This document shows positions 44,691 to 54,926 of a stretch of DNA of 64,000 bases, one piece after another. Positions within the stretch are counted from its first letter, which is position 1. Every line of letters begins with the position of its first letter. The stretch lies in NCBI GenBank assembly GCA_947589295.1, contig CANQBZ010000005.1, positions 1,061 to 65,060 on the forward strand, in the 5' to 3' direction. Position numbers and translations under genes: made by a program. The notes beneath the pieces were generated by a model. The model was not told where the DNA came from. It saw only the letters and a list, made by a program, of their open reading frames with translations, and ran no database searches. This DNA is from an uncultured Akkermansia sp. (GTDB lineage Bacteria > Verrucomicrobiota > Verrucomicrobiia > Verrucomicrobiales > Akkermansiaceae).

Positions 44691-45176
44691 TCATCGCAGA
44701 CTTTTATCGAAGAGAAGTATGGCAGAGGTGTCATGCCCACAGCGCAATAAGTCGCGTAAAAAATCTGCAAGTCTCGCTTCCATCAGAAGTTGTGAGCGCA
44801 CAGAGGGCATGAGCAGCTGCTCGGTTGAGAAATCGGCTTCTCTCCGACAAAGAGAGATGAGACGGTGAATGGCATCGGTGATTCTCCCGGCATGCTCACG
44901 CGCCACGCGGAAGAGATCAGGCGGGGAATCCCAGGCGTAATCGACAGGAGCGATGGTAGGCATGACGACCGGGACGCGCTGCAGCTCCAAGTAATCCAAA
45001 ATGCGCAGAGTGTGCTCACACATGTCGTGGTAGCGCGAGCGCATCCAGCGGCCGGCGCCGCGCATGCCGTATTCTTTGAGCTGAACGGAGAGTGAGAGGA
45101 AGAGGAAAGCGGTGTTGAATTCGAGGTCAATTTGCGCGTTAAGGTTTTCTGCGATTTCAGGGTTCATGCGGCTCAT
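44691..45176 (-). CDS. ferritin-like protein
   Basis: MNPEIAENLNAQIDLEFNTAFLFLSLS...CEHTLRILDYL, the ferritin four-helix pattern. Confidence 0.65.
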   Translation of the reverse strand: MSRMNPEIAENLNAQIDLEFNTAFLFLSLSVQLKEYGMRGAGRWMRSRYHDMCEHTLRILDYLELQRVPVVMPTIAPVDYAWDSPPDLFRVAREHAGRITDAIHRLISLCRREADFSTEQLLMPSVRSQLLMEARLADFLRDLLRCGHDTSAILLFDKSLR

Positions 45177-45244
45177 TATGACCTAACTTGAGCGGGGAAT
45201 CTATCACCGTTAGGAAGCGAAAAAACAAAGCGCGCGCAACCAAG

Positions 45245-46216
45245 TCAAATTGGACCCAGGTGGGCGATCAATGCGTCCGGCGTGTAACGCTGGTCAATGG
45301 GCAAGGGCAACAGAGCGCGCGACAAGCGATTGGCGGGGCTTTCCGCCTGCGTATCGCGAATCACCTCCGGCCACAGGAAAGGAAGCGCTATGCGAGCATC
45401 CACCAACTCATCGCGCAACCCCGGGATGCCAGACAAAAAGGGGTAACAGAACGGAGCAGACGGCGGGACGGACGGCAGGGTCAGTCGATTGATGCTCGCG
45501 AGGCGTACATGCAGAGCAGCGTAATTTTCGCAACGGCGACGCGCAATGTACTCCCAATCGATGCTGTCGAGCAAGGCGCGCGTGAGAGGGCTCATGCAGC
45601 GAGGCTCGCCCTGCAGCCGCTCTTCCAACGCTTCGAAATCGGGTAAGGAAGCCTCCGCGCCCAACTCCACGCGTTGCCACAGAGCAACGGCCGCCCGCGC
45701 GGAGCGGTCTTCCCGCTCTGGCAACAGCAGGGGAAACGGCGCCACGGCCACCCCACCATCCGGCACCCCGGCAAACTTGCGCAGGCTGTAAAAACATGCC
45801 ACGCCGTCTACTGGCGGGGCGTAGAGAGCCGTGGCAGCATCCACCACGCAGGGGCCGGGATGAGCCTCCGCCAGCTCGCTCAAGCAGTCGGGATCGCTCA
45901 TGCCAAAATAGTTGGTAAGCAGCAGTAGGTCTTCATTCCCGGGCAGCTCCGGCAGCTGCGGCTCCGCATCCGAAAACAACTCACCGCGCATCTCGTAGCG
46001 CAACACGGGAATGCCGAGGTGCGCAAAGGGCTGCAGCACGGTATCGCAGGTGAAACGCGGCACAAAGGCGCGTGCCGGACGCCGGGGCATACTGCGCAAG
46101 ATGCACTCCAACGCGGCACGTCCGCTGTTAACGTACGCACAGCACTGCCCCTCTGCGTACGGAAAGTTGCCCACGTGCGGCAGCTCGGCGCCAAAGGCTC
46201 CACCCAGCATATCCAT
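45245..46216 (-). CDS. DegT/DnrJ/EryC1-like PLP-fold protein
   Basis: NSGRAALECIL...FVPRFTCDTVLQPFAHLGIPV...VVDAATAL...FYSLRKFAGVPDGG resembles the sugar-aminotransferase core, including the S..K lysine. It is shorter than typical members. Confidence 0.45.
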   Translation of the reverse strand: MDMLGGAFGAELPHVGNFPYAEGQCCAYVNSGRAALECILRSMPRRPARAFVPRFTCDTVLQPFAHLGIPVLRYEMRGELFSDAEPQLPELPGNEDLLLLTNYFGMSDPDCLSELAEAHPGPCVVDAATALYAPPVDGVACFYSLRKFAGVPDGGVAVAPFPLLLPEREDRSARAAVALWQRVELGAEASLPDFEALEERLQGEPRCMSPLTRALLDSIDWEYIARRRCENYAALHVRLASINRLTLPSVPPSAPFCYPFLSGIPGLRDELVDARIALPFLWPEVIRDTQAESPANRLSRALLPLPIDQRYTPDALIAHLGPI

Positions 46217-46264
46217 GGGAGCAGAATAGCATCGTCCCTCGTCACGTGCAAGTGCAGAGTACGT

Positions 46265-47482
46265 CTATTGTCTGGTCGCCCGAAAATCAGAGCTATGCTG
46301 CAGCAGCGCCAAGCACTCCCCAAGCAGGAAGAAGGAGCCACAGATCAGCAGCGGACGCCGGGGCGTCCTCAGAGCCTCCTCCAGAGTGGCAGCAACTCTT
46401 ACGGGAGTTTCCGATACGCGCTGCACCAGCGTCGCTAGTTCCGCCGGAGGCTTGATGCGCGGAGATTGGACGGGCGGCAGCACCCATTGATCAACGATCG
46501 GAGATAAAATCTTGAGGACCTCCATCAAATCCTTGTCCGCCGCCCCGGCAAAGATGCAACAGGCACGAGCCTCACCGTGCGTTGCTCGCCACGTGTCCAC
46601 CAGAGTGCGCATGGCCAGAGGGTTGTGCGCGCCATCAAGGATAACCCCGGGCAGCGCTTCCTCAAATCGCCCCGGCCAACGCGTGCTCGCCAGCCCCTCC
46701 GCTAACTGAGCCTCCGAGCAGAGAAAATGCGGTACCGCCGCGCGCAAGGCTGCCAGAGCCAAAGCTGCATTGAGCTTCTGGTGGGCGCCGGTGAGCCCGA
46801 GCGGCAGCTCGCAAGGCTCAGCGATAATACGGTATTCGGTATGGCAGGCAGCCGCAGCCTCGTGAATAGCGCGCAAGGCATCCGGCTGCTGCGGGGCAGT
46901 GAGAGCCGGACGGTGCCACGCGAGAATGGCAGCCTTCTCACGGGCGATATCGTAGAGGGTGGAACCAAGGTATTGCATGTGATCCATGCCGATGGGGGTA
47001 ATGACCGCAACATCCTTCGGCAGGGCATTTGTGGCATCCAGTCTGCCGCCCATACCCGTTTCCAAGATGATGAGGTCGGGCCTTTGCTCGGCAAAGTAGA
47101 GCATGGCCACAGCCAGCGTCAGCTCAAAAAATGTGGGCGGCGTTTCCCAGCCCGCCACCTGGCGCCGCACACGGGCTATCAGCCTTGCAACATCGGCATC
47201 CGGGATGCTGGCGCCATTCACGCGGATGCGCTCGTTGAACCGCACGAGGTGGGGCGAGGTAAAGAGCCCCGTGCTGTACCCCGCAGCACGCGCCACCGAC
47301 TCGGCAAAGGCGCACACCGACCCCTTGCCGTTGGTGCCGGCCACGTGCATCACCCTGGCCTGCGGCCGCTCCACACCCAGTTCAGTGAGCAATCGGGAGA
47401 TGCCAGCCAGGCCCAACTTCATGCCGAACACCTGCGAGGCGTACAACCAATCCAACGCGTCTTTGTAACTCAGCGGATCCAT
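46265..47482 (-). CDS. folC: folylpolyglutamate synthase / dihydrofolate synthase
   Basis: VMHVAGTNGKGSVCAF...LFTSPHLVRFNERI...ILETGMGGRLDATN. Confidence 0.85.
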   Translation of the reverse strand: MDPLSYKDALDWLYASQVFGMKLGLAGISRLLTELGVERPQARVMHVAGTNGKGSVCAFAESVARAAGYSTGLFTSPHLVRFNERIRVNGASIPDADVARLIARVRRQVAGWETPPTFFELTLAVAMLYFAEQRPDLIILETGMGGRLDATNALPKDVAVITPIGMDHMQYLGSTLYDIAREKAAILAWHRPALTAPQQPDALRAIHEAAAACHTEYRIIAEPCELPLGLTGAHQKLNAALALAALRAAVPHFLCSEAQLAEGLASTRWPGRFEEALPGVILDGAHNPLAMRTLVDTWRATHGEARACCIFAGAADKDLMEVLKILSPIVDQWVLPPVQSPRIKPPAELATLVQRVSETPVRVAATLEEALRTPRRPLLICGSFFLLGECLALLQHSSDFRATRQ

Positions 47483-47492
47483 GGCGCCTGAA

Positions 47493-48908
47493 TCAGTACC
47501 TGTAGGCCTCGCTCTTGAAAGGCCCCTGCACCGGCACGCCCAAGTAATTCGCCTGCTTTTCGGTCAGGATGGTGAGATGCACACCGAGTTTGCCGAGGTG
47601 CAGCCGGGCCACTTCCTCATCCAACTCCTTGGGCAGCACCTGCACTCTCGGCTCGGTCTGATCTGCACGCCGTTCCCAGAGAGCTATCTGTGCAAGCACC
47701 TGGTTGGTAAAGCTGTTGCTCATCACAAAGGAGGCGTGTCCCGTGGCGCAACCCAGGTTCACCAGACGCCCCTCGGCCAGCAGGTAGATTTCATGCCCAT
47801 CCGAGAAGGCGTACTTATCCACCTGCGGCTTGATATTGGTGCGCACAACCCCCGGCGCCGAATTGAGTCGGGCCACTTGTATCTCATCATCAAAGTGCCC
47901 GATATTGCACACGATAGCCTGGTTTTTCATCTTCTGCATGTGCTCCAGGGTGATGATGTCGCAGTTGCCCGTGGTCGTCACATAAATATCGCCCACACCC
48001 AAGGTATCCTCCACCGTGAGCACGCGATAGCCCTCCATGGCGGCCTGCAGCGCGCAGATGGGGTCAATTTCGGTAACGATAACCTGCGCCCCCAGTCCAC
48101 GCAAAGCCTGCGCGCAGCCCTTGCCTACATCACCGTAACCGCAGATGACCGCCACCTTGCCCGCCACCATGACGTCCGTAGCTCGTTTGATGCCGTCCGT
48201 CAAGCTTTCCCGGCAACCGTACAAATTGTCAAACTTGCTCTTGGTCACCGAGTCGTTCACATTGATGGCGGGGAAGAGCAAACGTCCCTCTTTCTCCATG
48301 CGGTAAAGGCGGTGCACACCGGTGGTCGTTTCCTCCGACACGCCGACGACCTCCGGCAGCCAGCGTTGAAAAATACCGGGAGTCTCCTTGCCGATGCGGC
48401 GCAGCAGGTCCTTGAGCGCCTGCTCATCCTCACTTCCTCCAGGCGTGTTCACCCAGTCGTCGCCCCGCTCCATCTCGTAGCCGCGGTGCAGCAGCAGCGT
48501 TGCATCGCCCCCATCGTCCACCAGAAGCTGGGGACCCTTCCCATCCCGATGGCAAAGCGCACTCCACGTGCACTCCCAATACTCCCGGGCAGTTTCACCT
48601 TTCCATGCGAAAACCGGCACCCCGGCCGCTGCAACAGCCGCCGCCGCATGGTCCTGAGTGGAGAAGATATTGCAACTCGCCCAACGAACCTCGGCCCCCA
48701 GCGCTGTGAGCGTCTCGATCAGCACGGCGGTCTGGATCGTCATGTGCAGGGAACCGGTGATGCGCACCCCCTTGAGCGGTTGTGCCGCGGCATGCTTCTC
48801 CCGGCACGCCATGAGTCCGGGCATCTCGTGCTCTGAGATCGCAATTTCCTTGCGTCCCCAATCCTTCAAGGCCATGTCCGCCACGCGGTACTGTTCGCTC
48901 GTGTTCAT
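47493..48908 (-). CDS. ahcY: adenosylhomocysteinase
   Basis: [28 protein letters not shown]...[10 protein letters not shown]...[10 protein letters not shown]. Confidence 0.95.
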   Translation of the reverse strand: MNTSEQYRVADMALKDWGRKEIAISEHEMPGLMACREKHAAAQPLKGVRITGSLHMTIQTAVLIETLTALGAEVRWASCNIFSTQDHAAAAVAAAGVPVFAWKGETAREYWECTWSALCHRDGKGPQLLVDDGGDATLLLHRGYEMERGDDWVNTPGGSEDEQALKDLLRRIGKETPGIFQRWLPEVVGVSEETTTGVHRLYRMEKEGRLLFPAINVNDSVTKSKFDNLYGCRESLTDGIKRATDVMVAGKVAVICGYGDVGKGCAQALRGLGAQVIVTEIDPICALQAAMEGYRVLTVEDTLGVGDIYVTTTGNCDIITLEHMQKMKNQAIVCNIGHFDDEIQVARLNSAPGVVRTNIKPQVDKYAFSDGHEIYLLAEGRLVNLGCATGHASFVMSNSFTNQVLAQIALWERRADQTEPRVQVLPKELDEEVARLHLGKLGVHLTILTEKQANYLGVPVQGPFKSEAYRY

Positions 48909-48989
48909 ACGCTGCGCAGTTTACCCCGCCCCCGGGGAAATGTCAAACCCTACACGCAGGCAACCCGAACTTCTCCCACACCGCCGGAC

Positions 48990-50579
48990 TTAATGGATGC
49001 GGCGCAAGAGATAGTGAAGCAGATCGGGGATGGCGATCCTCTCCTGCTGCATGCTGTCGCGGTGGCGTACGGTCACCGTGCCTTTCAGAGCCGAGTCTCC
49101 ATTTTCGCCTTCGCCCAAGGTGTCAAAATCCACGGTGATGCAATAGGGCGTGCCGATCTCGTCTTGGCGACGGTAGCGACGTCCCACCGCTCCGGCCTCA
49201 TCATAAAACACGTTCATGTACGGGCGCAGCATGGCCTCGATCTCGTGCGCGATGCGCACCTGCTCTTCATTTTTCTTGAGAAGGGGGAAAATGGCAGCCT
49301 TTACAGGCGCTACACGCGGGTGGAAGTGCATCACGATACGCACGTCGCTCTTGCCCTCAGTACCCAGCTCCTCCTCATCATACGCCTCGCAAATGAGCGC
49401 AAGCACTGTGCGGTCACACCCCGCGGAGGGCTCCACAACGTGCGGGATAAAGCGTTCGCGCGTGGCCTCATCAAAGTATTCCATCGGTTTGCCCGACCCC
49501 TCCTGATGGCGCGTCAGGTCGTAATCCGTGCGGTAGGCAATGCCCTGCAATTCCTGCACTCCAAAGGGGAATGCGTACTCCAAATCATAGGTCTTCTTGG
49601 AGTAGAAAGCCCGCTCGCCGTCCGGTACATCCAACACATGGATCTTTTCACGCGGTATACCAATGCTCTCGTAAAAACACAGACAGCGCTCCAACCATTC
49701 ATCCGTGAGGCGTATCCCATCCTCAGCCCGGCAAAAGTATTCGACCTCCATCTGTTCAAACTCACGAGAACGGAACGTGAAGTTGCGTGGGTTGATCTCG
49801 TTGCGGAAGGATTTGCCAATCTGCGCGATGCCGAAAGGCAACTTCATGCGCGAGCTGTCCAGAATGTTCTTGTACTGGCAGAAAATGCTCTGTGCCGTTT
49901 CCGGACGCAGCCATCCCGTGCTCGCGGGATCATTCTCATCCGAAGCCGCCCCTATCGTGGTGCGAAACATCAGGTTAAAAGAACGCGCTTCGGTCACCAG
50001 CGACCCGTTGGCAGGGTTGTAGCGCACGCTGTCCTGCACCTGCTGCGTACTCTCCCCGGTCAGTTCAATATCCGTCGGCTGAGTCTTACCGCCGGCAATC
50101 TGAGCGTAGTACTGCAAAGCCCCTTTGCGCGCCATTTTGGCGTCCCTTTCTTCTGCCGTGGGCGCCAGCATGGAAAACCCCTTGGTCGTGCTCCAACTGC
50201 CGTCCTTCTTCGCCGCCCCTTTCCACCAGTAGGCCACACCGCTCTGAGCGGGTATCTGATCGGCGCGCAAGCGCTCCTTGCTCAGCAGGCAATCACAGAG
50301 GGGATCGGTGAAACCGCCCACATGCCCACTAGCCACCAGCACGGAGTTATGCGTGAGTATCGCCCCATCCATCCCCACAATGTCCGGCCGTTCCTGCACA
50401 TTCACCCGCCACCAATACTCCTTGAGGTTGCGCTTCAGCTCCGCACCTAGCGGGCCGTAGTCCCAGCATCCATTCAACCCGCCGTATATCTCGGCAGCTT
50501 GGTAGATAAACCCCCTGCGCTTGCAGAGGCTCACTATCTTTTCCATCCGGGCGGGGTCAGTATCTTTACGGTCAGCCAT
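48990..50579 (-). CDS. glyQS: glycine--tRNA ligase (single-chain class II type)
   Basis: From ATG 50579: MEKIVSLCKRRGFIYQAAEIYGGLNGCWDYGPLGAELKRNLKEYWW...FRNEINPRNFTFRSREFEQMEVEYF. Confidence 0.9.
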   Translation of the reverse strand: MADRKDTDPARMEKIVSLCKRRGFIYQAAEIYGGLNGCWDYGPLGAELKRNLKEYWWRVNVQERPDIVGMDGAILTHNSVLVASGHVGGFTDPLCDCLLSKERLRADQIPAQSGVAYWWKGAAKKDGSWSTTKGFSMLAPTAEERDAKMARKGALQYYAQIAGGKTQPTDIELTGESTQQVQDSVRYNPANGSLVTEARSFNLMFRTTIGAASDENDPASTGWLRPETAQSIFCQYKNILDSSRMKLPFGIAQIGKSFRNEINPRNFTFRSREFEQMEVEYFCRAEDGIRLTDEWLERCLCFYESIGIPREKIHVLDVPDGERAFYSKKTYDLEYAFPFGVQELQGIAYRTDYDLTRHQEGSGKPMEYFDEATRERFIPHVVEPSAGCDRTVLALICEAYDEEELGTEGKSDVRIVMHFHPRVAPVKAAIFPLLKKNEEQVRIAHEIEAMLRPYMNVFYDEAGAVGRRYRRQDEIGTPYCITVDFDTLGEGENGDSALKGTVTVRHRDSMQQERIAIPDLLHYLLRRIH

Positions 50580-50689
50580 ATCGGCTCCATTGTACTGCTT
50601 TTGCTTCCCTTTGCAAGCAGAAACGCACTTTAACCCTCTCTGATTGTTATTTAACGGTTGCAAACGGATGTGTTTCTCACCGTGCATCT

Positions 50690-52186
50690 ATGAAAACACG
50701 GCATCTTTTCCTCATGGTGACGGCTCTCAGTCTGGGAACAAGTCCGGCTCGGGCTCAGTTTCCATGGCAGTACATTGAGACCATGTTTGGTTGCAATCCG
50801 TTTAGCATGGACCCGACAGAGGCCAGCGGCAGCTTGCGCCGCGGCATGCCCAACCCGCGCGAACAGCAGAGCACTCGCTACCCGGGCGTACCCACCCACC
50901 AGAGTGTGCTGGAGCAGATTGAACGTTATCTGGATGGCTCTGGCAAGGAAAACACCTGCCGCGGCTGGCGATTTTTTCCGTCCACGCCCCAGTGCTTTAT
51001 GCCGTATCTGGACAGTATTTTCGTGCCTGGCAACACATGCATTGAACCCTGTGGCGTGATTGAACAGGATGCCCTCTCCACCGCTGCTCAACAGCTCAAA
51101 ACCCGTCTCGCGCGCATCGGCCTGCAATACACCGCTACGCTGAGCATGAACTACACCGGTCTGCCTCAGAGCATGGCGAACAATCGTCGCGATTTTTTAG
51201 CAACTAACAACGTTCTCAATGTCATGTGGTACTTGGCCAAGGATTGTGACAACAGTCAGGGATTCTTTCTCTCGGTAGAGGCTGATTGGGGACAGGGCAT
51301 TCGGTACAGCGAACGCAACCGAAGCGCACAAAAAAGTGTGGGGACGTTGAGCAATCCTCAAGGCAGCACACGAGGGGGGCACGGCGTGTTCATTCCGAAC
51401 TTTGCACTGGGATACAGTTGTTTTAACGGCAAGTGGGTGGGCATGATCGGCACCGTTGATACCACCGATTTTTTAGACCAAAATGCCTATTCAGCCAACT
51501 GGGCAGGCAACCTCACCAACGCAGCATTTAACTTCAATCCGACACTGCCGCTGGAGTGGTCTAACTGGGGTTATTTAACGGCCTGGCAACCTACCAAAAA
51601 CTTTTACACGATGTATGCCACGACGGGCTGCAATGGTCGTATCAACCATAATCCCTTCCCCTACATCAGCGGCAATGCTTGGGTACACATCGGCGAAATT
51701 GGCCTCATCACTGAAAATTTCCTTGGTCTCGGCCCCGGCATCTACCGCTTCCAATACACTACTACCCGCTACCAGGGTGAAAATGGTTCCGGCGCCGCTT
51801 TCAACTTCCAACAGCAGCTCGGGAGAAACTCCCACCTCGGTGCTTTTACCCGCTGCGGCCTCATGGATGAAGATGCCGCCACCGTCAGTACTGTGCGTGC
51901 AGCTGCCACTGTCGGGCTTGTTCTTCAAGCCCCTTTTCGCTCTGCAGGTTGGGGGAGCAAGGCCAATAACGACCAGGTGGCCCTTGGCTTTTTCTGGGAA
52001 CGTGCCGCACGTTCTGCCAAACCCTACCATCACAAGGACGAGTACGGTCTTGAATTGTCGGCCGTGGTACAGCTCACCCCTACGTTTTATCTTCAGCCGG
52101 ATGCTCAATACATCTTTGACCCCGTGTATGAGACTGCTCGAAGAGGCGCTGTGGTGCTTCAACTGCAAGGAGTCTTTAAGTTCTGA
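50690..52186 (+). CDS. outer-membrane beta-barrel porin (OprB-like?)
   Basis: Signal peptide MKTRHLFLMVTALSLGTSPARA. It has alternating beta-strand-like segments rich in aromatic and Gly residues and a C-terminal ...LQLQGVFKF with a terminal Phe. Confidence 0.6.
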   Translation: MKTRHLFLMVTALSLGTSPARAQFPWQYIETMFGCNPFSMDPTEASGSLRRGMPNPREQQSTRYPGVPTHQSVLEQIERYLDGSGKENTCRGWRFFPSTPQCFMPYLDSIFVPGNTCIEPCGVIEQDALSTAAQQLKTRLARIGLQYTATLSMNYTGLPQSMANNRRDFLATNNVLNVMWYLAKDCDNSQGFFLSVEADWGQGIRYSERNRSAQKSVGTLSNPQGSTRGGHGVFIPNFALGYSCFNGKWVGMIGTVDTTDFLDQNAYSANWAGNLTNAAFNFNPTLPLEWSNWGYLTAWQPTKNFYTMYATTGCNGRINHNPFPYISGNAWVHIGEIGLITENFLGLGPGIYRFQYTTTRYQGENGSGAAFNFQQQLGRNSHLGAFTRCGLMDEDAATVSTVRAAATVGLVLQAPFRSAGWGSKANNDQVALGFFWERAARSAKPYHHKDEYGLELSAVVQLTPTFYLQPDAQYIFDPVYETARRGAVVLQLQGVFKF

Positions 52187-52213
52187 GCGCTCCTCCCTAT
52201 TTGCACCGCTTTA

Positions 52214-52492
52214 TCAGCGCGGCCGTCGGCTTGGTCCATCTTCATCGCGTATCACTCGCTTGAGCGCACGCTGAAAATCATCTTCTTGGTGGTCTCGCCG
52301 GTCGTGGCGACCATCTCGGCGGTATGTATCACGGTACCGCTCGTGGGTTCGCTCTTCGTGTCGGCGCTCTTCTCGTCGCTCTGCCTGACGATCATGCTCA
52401 TTGCCTATGTGTACGGTAAGAGCCTCTACGCTACCCCACGGCAGCTGTCCAGCCACCAAAAACGCTGCTATCAATGTACCTTTGTTCATCAT
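52214..52492 (-). CDS. small secreted, highly charged His/Arg/Glu/Asp-rich protein
   Basis: ATG 52492 is preceded by GGAGGA. MMNKGTLIAAFLVAGQLPWGSVEA is followed by NEHDRQAERREERRHEERTHERYRDTYRRDGRHDRRDHQEDD. Confidence 0.5.
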   Translation of the reverse strand: MMNKGTLIAAFLVAGQLPWGSVEALTVHIGNEHDRQAERREERRHEERTHERYRDTYRRDGRHDRRDHQEDDFQRALKRVIRDEDGPSRRPR

Positions 52493-52652
52493 ATTTCCTC
52501 CTTTTTGGTTTAGAATACTTCCCCGATCGTCTTCTTCAATAACTGCCACTTTTTGCCTTCATGTAACACAGATGTTACATTCATACGCGCTTTTACTCTG
52601 GCAATTCTCTTGGCGCGCTGGTACACTGGGGTCGTAACCTGATTCAGATACA

Positions 52653-54035
52653 ATGGCCCTACATATTCAAATGAGCGATGAGGCATTGCGTGCGCTCAAG
52701 CGGAATGCTCTCATGAGCAATCTCGTTTCTTTCGGTGTTTGCGCGGGTTTGCTCCTGTTGTTTGGCAGTATCCTTTACTTCACGGTGATGATCATCCAAG
52801 GCGAAATTCCCGCAGAGTTCATCTCCTATGTCCCGCCGACTGAAGATGGACCTCCCACCAATGCTCCAGTAAGCAAGGAACTAACCTCCAAATCTGTATC
52901 CACCAGCACCGATATTGCCCCAAGTGTCATTGTTGCTCAGAATGCCGTGGGCGCCGTGGCAGCTCCGGTCAGTATTGACACAACAGGCGATATCAGCTTC
53001 GACCAAATCGACATCTCCATGGATATGGACTTGGGCGAGGGACTGGGCGAAGCCGGTGCAGGGCTCGGTTCAAGCACGGCTGGCGGCTCTGCTCTGGAGG
53101 GTACTTTCTACGACCTGAAAATGACGCGCAATGGGGCGCCTTCCAAAATCCCGACTGTCACCACCAAAGATAAAGATGGCAAACCCCTAGTAGATGCCAA
53201 TGGCAAGCCTTTCAAACGTCTACAGGTCAAAGACCAACATGCCTTTGCCAGAGAAGCGAAGAAATTCTTTCGCTCATGGAGTCCCAGCGCTTTATCATCC
53301 TACTACCAGTCACCTCAGAAGCTGTACGCTTCAAGCTTCTACGTTCCGATGTCACGGGATGCATACGGACCGATCTCTTTCCAATGTGATGACGTGTGCC
53401 AGCCTGGCGGCTGGATTGTGGTTTACCGCGGGCGCGTGCGCGCCCCAAAAACGGGCAAGTTTCGCTTTGTAGGCACGGGTGACGACTATTTAGGGGTTCG
53501 CTTCAACAATAAAGTAGTGCTAGAGGCAGGCTACCGTATTCCCTCCCTCTACGACGAGAAAAACCAGAGAGCATGGTGGGTTTCCGGTATGGGGGACCGC
53601 GATAGACACTGGGCCGCCATCAAGGCGGGCAAACTGAAGGATTTTGAAGGCTACGAGCTCATCCCCTTCATCAAAGAGCTCAAGGAGTGGAACAGCGACC
53701 TTGGTGGCCTGACGGCCGGGAAAGTCTTCGAAGTTAAAGAGGGCGAAGTTTATCCAATCCAGATTGCCGTGAGCGAAATCCCAGGTGGTGGATTTGGATT
53801 CATGCTCTTTATTGAAGATCTGACTGATGGTAAAAAGGTCAAACCAGGGCAGAAGTTTGATCTTTTCCGCACGAACTTCTCGTCACCGGATCGCAAGGAA
53901 CTTTTTGATCTCATCAGCAAGGCTAAAAACAAGAAAGGACAAACGGTGAACTGCCTTTTCAGAATCTCCAAACCAGAACAGCTCAATGCTCCTCCTTTCA
54001 ACGAGGATTCGCCTATCTGGACGGCCGTGCCGTAA
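52653..54035 (+). CDS. membrane-anchored protein with a C-terminal PA14-like beta-sandwich domain
   Basis: One TM segment (LVSFGVCAGLLLLFGSILYFTVMII) and a Ser/Thr/Gly-rich linker. KTGKFRFVGTGDDYLGVRFNNKVVLEAGY resembles the PA14/GLEYA core. Confidence 0.5.
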   Translation: MALHIQMSDEALRALKRNALMSNLVSFGVCAGLLLLFGSILYFTVMIIQGEIPAEFISYVPPTEDGPPTNAPVSKELTSKSVSTSTDIAPSVIVAQNAVGAVAAPVSIDTTGDISFDQIDISMDMDLGEGLGEAGAGLGSSTAGGSALEGTFYDLKMTRNGAPSKIPTVTTKDKDGKPLVDANGKPFKRLQVKDQHAFAREAKKFFRSWSPSALSSYYQSPQKLYASSFYVPMSRDAYGPISFQCDDVCQPGGWIVVYRGRVRAPKTGKFRFVGTGDDYLGVRFNNKVVLEAGYRIPSLYDEKNQRAWWVSGMGDRDRHWAAIKAGKLKDFEGYELIPFIKELKEWNSDLGGLTAGKVFEVKEGEVYPIQIAVSEIPGGGFGFMLFIEDLTDGKKVKPGQKFDLFRTNFSSPDRKELFDLISKAKNKKGQTVNCLFRISKPEQLNAPPFNEDSPIWTAVP

Positions 54036-54095
54036 AGTGGGACTCCCCCTCATTCATGCGGCGTGGGGCATCATTCTCCTGCCCTGCGCCGTTTT

Positions 54096-54908
54096 CTATG
54101 TCCGGTTAAGTGCAGCACGGAGCGCGCCCACTTCATGCACGCGGTGCACCTGAGCCCCATGCTCAGCCGCACGCAGGCTCATTTTGACCGTAGCTTGCTC
54201 GTCCCCGGGCATCACCTCTTTCAGGAAACGCTTGCGTGACAGACCAATCAGTATGGGCAAATTGCGGTAACGCAGACTTTCCAACTCATCGATCAGCTGC
54301 AAATTGTGCTGCGTAGTTTTGCCAAAACCAATACCAGGGTCCAGGCAGATGCAGCGTGGATCTATTCCGGCGTCGCTGGACAACTCTACCCTCTGGCGTA
54401 AAAAGTCACGAACCTCAGCTACAACGTCTACATAAGTTGGCTTGATCTGCATCGTTGTCGGCGTCCCCTGCATATGCATGAGCACGACCCCACAGCCGGC
54501 GCTCGCGCACAGTTCGCACATAAGCGGGTCACCTAATCCGCAAATATCATTCACGATATCTGCCCCGGCATCCAACGCAGCCTGTGCGACCTCCGCATGA
54601 CGTGTATCAATGGAAATGATGGAGCTAGGCAGCTGCTCACGCAGCAAGCGCACCACAGGCTGAGTGCGCCGTAGCTCTTCAGCCACGCTCACCTCCTCTG
54701 CTCCGGGGCGAGTAGACTCCCCACCCACATCCAGAATTGTCGCGCCTTGGGCGAGCATTTGCCTTGCTCGTTCCAGCGCTGCCCGAGGTTCGATGTACTG
54801 TCCGCCATCCGAAAAAGAGTCCGGAGTGACATTTAGTATGCCCATAATGATGCCACGGGACGGAAGTTTCAACTCACCGCGGCGCATTTTCCATATTCTT
54901 GTCTCCAT
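54096..54908 (-). CDS. folP: dihydropteroate synthase
   Basis: IMGILNVTPDSFSDGG...ILDVGGESTRPGA...DPGIGFGKT. Confidence 0.9.
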   Translation of the reverse strand: METRIWKMRRGELKLPSRGIIMGILNVTPDSFSDGGQYIEPRAALERARQMLAQGATILDVGGESTRPGAEEVSVAEELRRTQPVVRLLREQLPSSIISIDTRHAEVAQAALDAGADIVNDICGLGDPLMCELCASAGCGVVLMHMQGTPTTMQIKPTYVDVVAEVRDFLRQRVELSSDAGIDPRCICLDPGIGFGKTTQHNLQLIDELESLRYRNLPILIGLSRKRFLKEVMPGDEQATVKMSLRAAEHGAQVHRVHEVGALRAALNRT

Positions 54909-54926
54909 AGTACACGTCCCATCAAG

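Noticed and set aside
44403-44750. 97-aa TTG-initiated ORF in the 288-nt gap between the HAD phosphatase and ferritin genes
   Set aside because: It has a non-ATG start, no upstream signal, and a tail overlapping the convergent ferritin gene by 60 nt. Its composition is plausible, but the evidence is insufficient to call it.
47481-48836. 451-aa + strand ORF (and 46727..47491, 254 aa)
   Set aside because: These are antisense to ahcY and folC respectively, both of which carry unmistakable family motifs.
48993-50450. 485-aa + strand ORF
   Set aside because: It is antisense to glycine--tRNA ligase. It has an Arg/His/Leu-rich, low-information translation.
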